DNA of 64,000 nt from Chiloscyllium plagiosum (Eukaryota): NCBI RefSeq assembly GCF_004010195.1, contig NC_057718.1:48667859-48731858 (forward strand), given 5' to 3'. Below, piece after piece: positions 62,836-64,000 of the stretch. A model generated the notes under the pieces. It searched no databases, was not told the origin of the DNA, and was given only the letters and a program-made list of their open reading frames with translations. The translations under genes were made by a program, and so were the position numbers. Numbering within the stretch: position 1 is the first letter of the stretch; each line of letters opens with the position of its first letter.

Positions 62836-64000
62836 GGTATTGTTGGTGGTTGGTGCTTCTACCAAGAAAATCCACTGTTTAAGCCATCATCAGACTTGCC
62901 TGCATAAGAACTAAACTGAAAATAGGATGATTGCTCCAGAAAACTTCCCGTGGGCCATGGTGGAAGTGACACTGATTAAGATGCTCAGTGCCATAGTTCA
63001 ACTCAAAAATGGAAAGTTCCAGCCATTGTCTTTTCTCAGTTAGAGAGAATCACATCCCAAATCTGTTGCTGATCAATTGTGTGCCATCTATCCCAAGGCC
63101 TCTTGACCACACCATGGTTACTGTTAGTTTGGAAGATGCTACTTGTTGTTTAAATGTTACCTGCATGAGAGTAACCAGGAACAACTGCAGCATCACCAAC
63201 TATATGTATGTGATGCCGACTACATAAAATATTTGTATCATTATTGAATAAATAATGCCTTCTTTATTGGTTCATAAGATTTACAATCCTGCATGTTTCA
63301 GTTTTTTTATTAAAATGCAAAATTTCTATCTCTTAATCATTAAAGTCAAAGCTCCTATGTCTTGTTATGATATTGAATCAAAAGACATGTGACAGCAATA
63401 TAATACCACACAACTATTTGGAAATGTAGCAGTAGCATTAGCAAGATTCACTTTCTAGTAGATTTCAAAATATATCAGTTTTTATTAAGTTCTCAGTTTT
63501 TAAAGAGAAAAGTACCTTATAAGGTTATTGTGTCCTATGAAGAAGTAATTTCTTAAGAAGCAGATGACATTGAGTGAAACTGAAACTGTGCTGTCAGTAA
63601 TTTAGGTTCGATGTCAAAATGTCAACTGATGCATTCATCAACATAGCACAGCATAATTAATTGCAACGTAAAGCAGTCCAAAAATCTTTTAAAAATTACA
63701 TAAGTTGATCTTTTAAGTGGTGCATTCCTTATATGGCTCACGAACGTAAACAGAATACAAGCCTATAGTTCTGATGTCTAAATCAAAGTTTAGAATCTAA
63801 CATTGAGAAATGTGAAAATCTGTACATTTTCACATTTCTCAATCTGACTCTCGAATGCGATACCTAGCAAGTCAGTCTGTTGTATTCAAGAAAGTGATTT
63901 ACCACCACCTTCTCAAGCGTTTGGGTAATATATGCGGGCGAGCTACCAATGTCAGAATCTTTAAAATGAATCATGAAAGAACTGCACTTGAAGAGAATAT

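Overview
Eukaryotic, repeat-rich, apparently intronic or intergenic DNA. It is most likely from an elasmobranch (shark), inferred from tRNA-headed HE1/V-SINE-type SINEs that share their 3' tail with abundant CR1 (HER1-like) LINEs. I found no convincing host protein-coding gene; nearly every long ORF is a piece or antisense shadow of a transposable element or minisatellite. Contents: many CR1 LINEs (one near full-length with ORF1 zinc-finger/SGNH and ORF2 endonuclease/RT; another full-length copy with an inverted interior), Penelope-like elements (PLEs; one RT+GIY-YIG body and several short inverted-repeat insertions with target-site duplications), Rex1/Babar-like LINEs, a second CR1/L2-group LINE with an associated SINE, two decayed Ty3/Gypsy elements, a Tigger/pogo transposon with a cognate MITE, Harbinger remnants, and a ~3.8-kb 24-bp minisatellite. 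The most interesting signals are: (1) minimal hammerhead-ribozyme cores (CUGANGA-stem II-GAAA) with covarying stems in the termini of several PLE subfamilies, often sitting at the apex of long hairpin insertions; (2) three separate elements with internal inversions between 14 and 31 kb; (3) a strongly splice-bounded, non-TE exon candidate at 154-283 on the minus strand. Family names come from my recognition of motifs, not database searches, and many boundaries are approximate.
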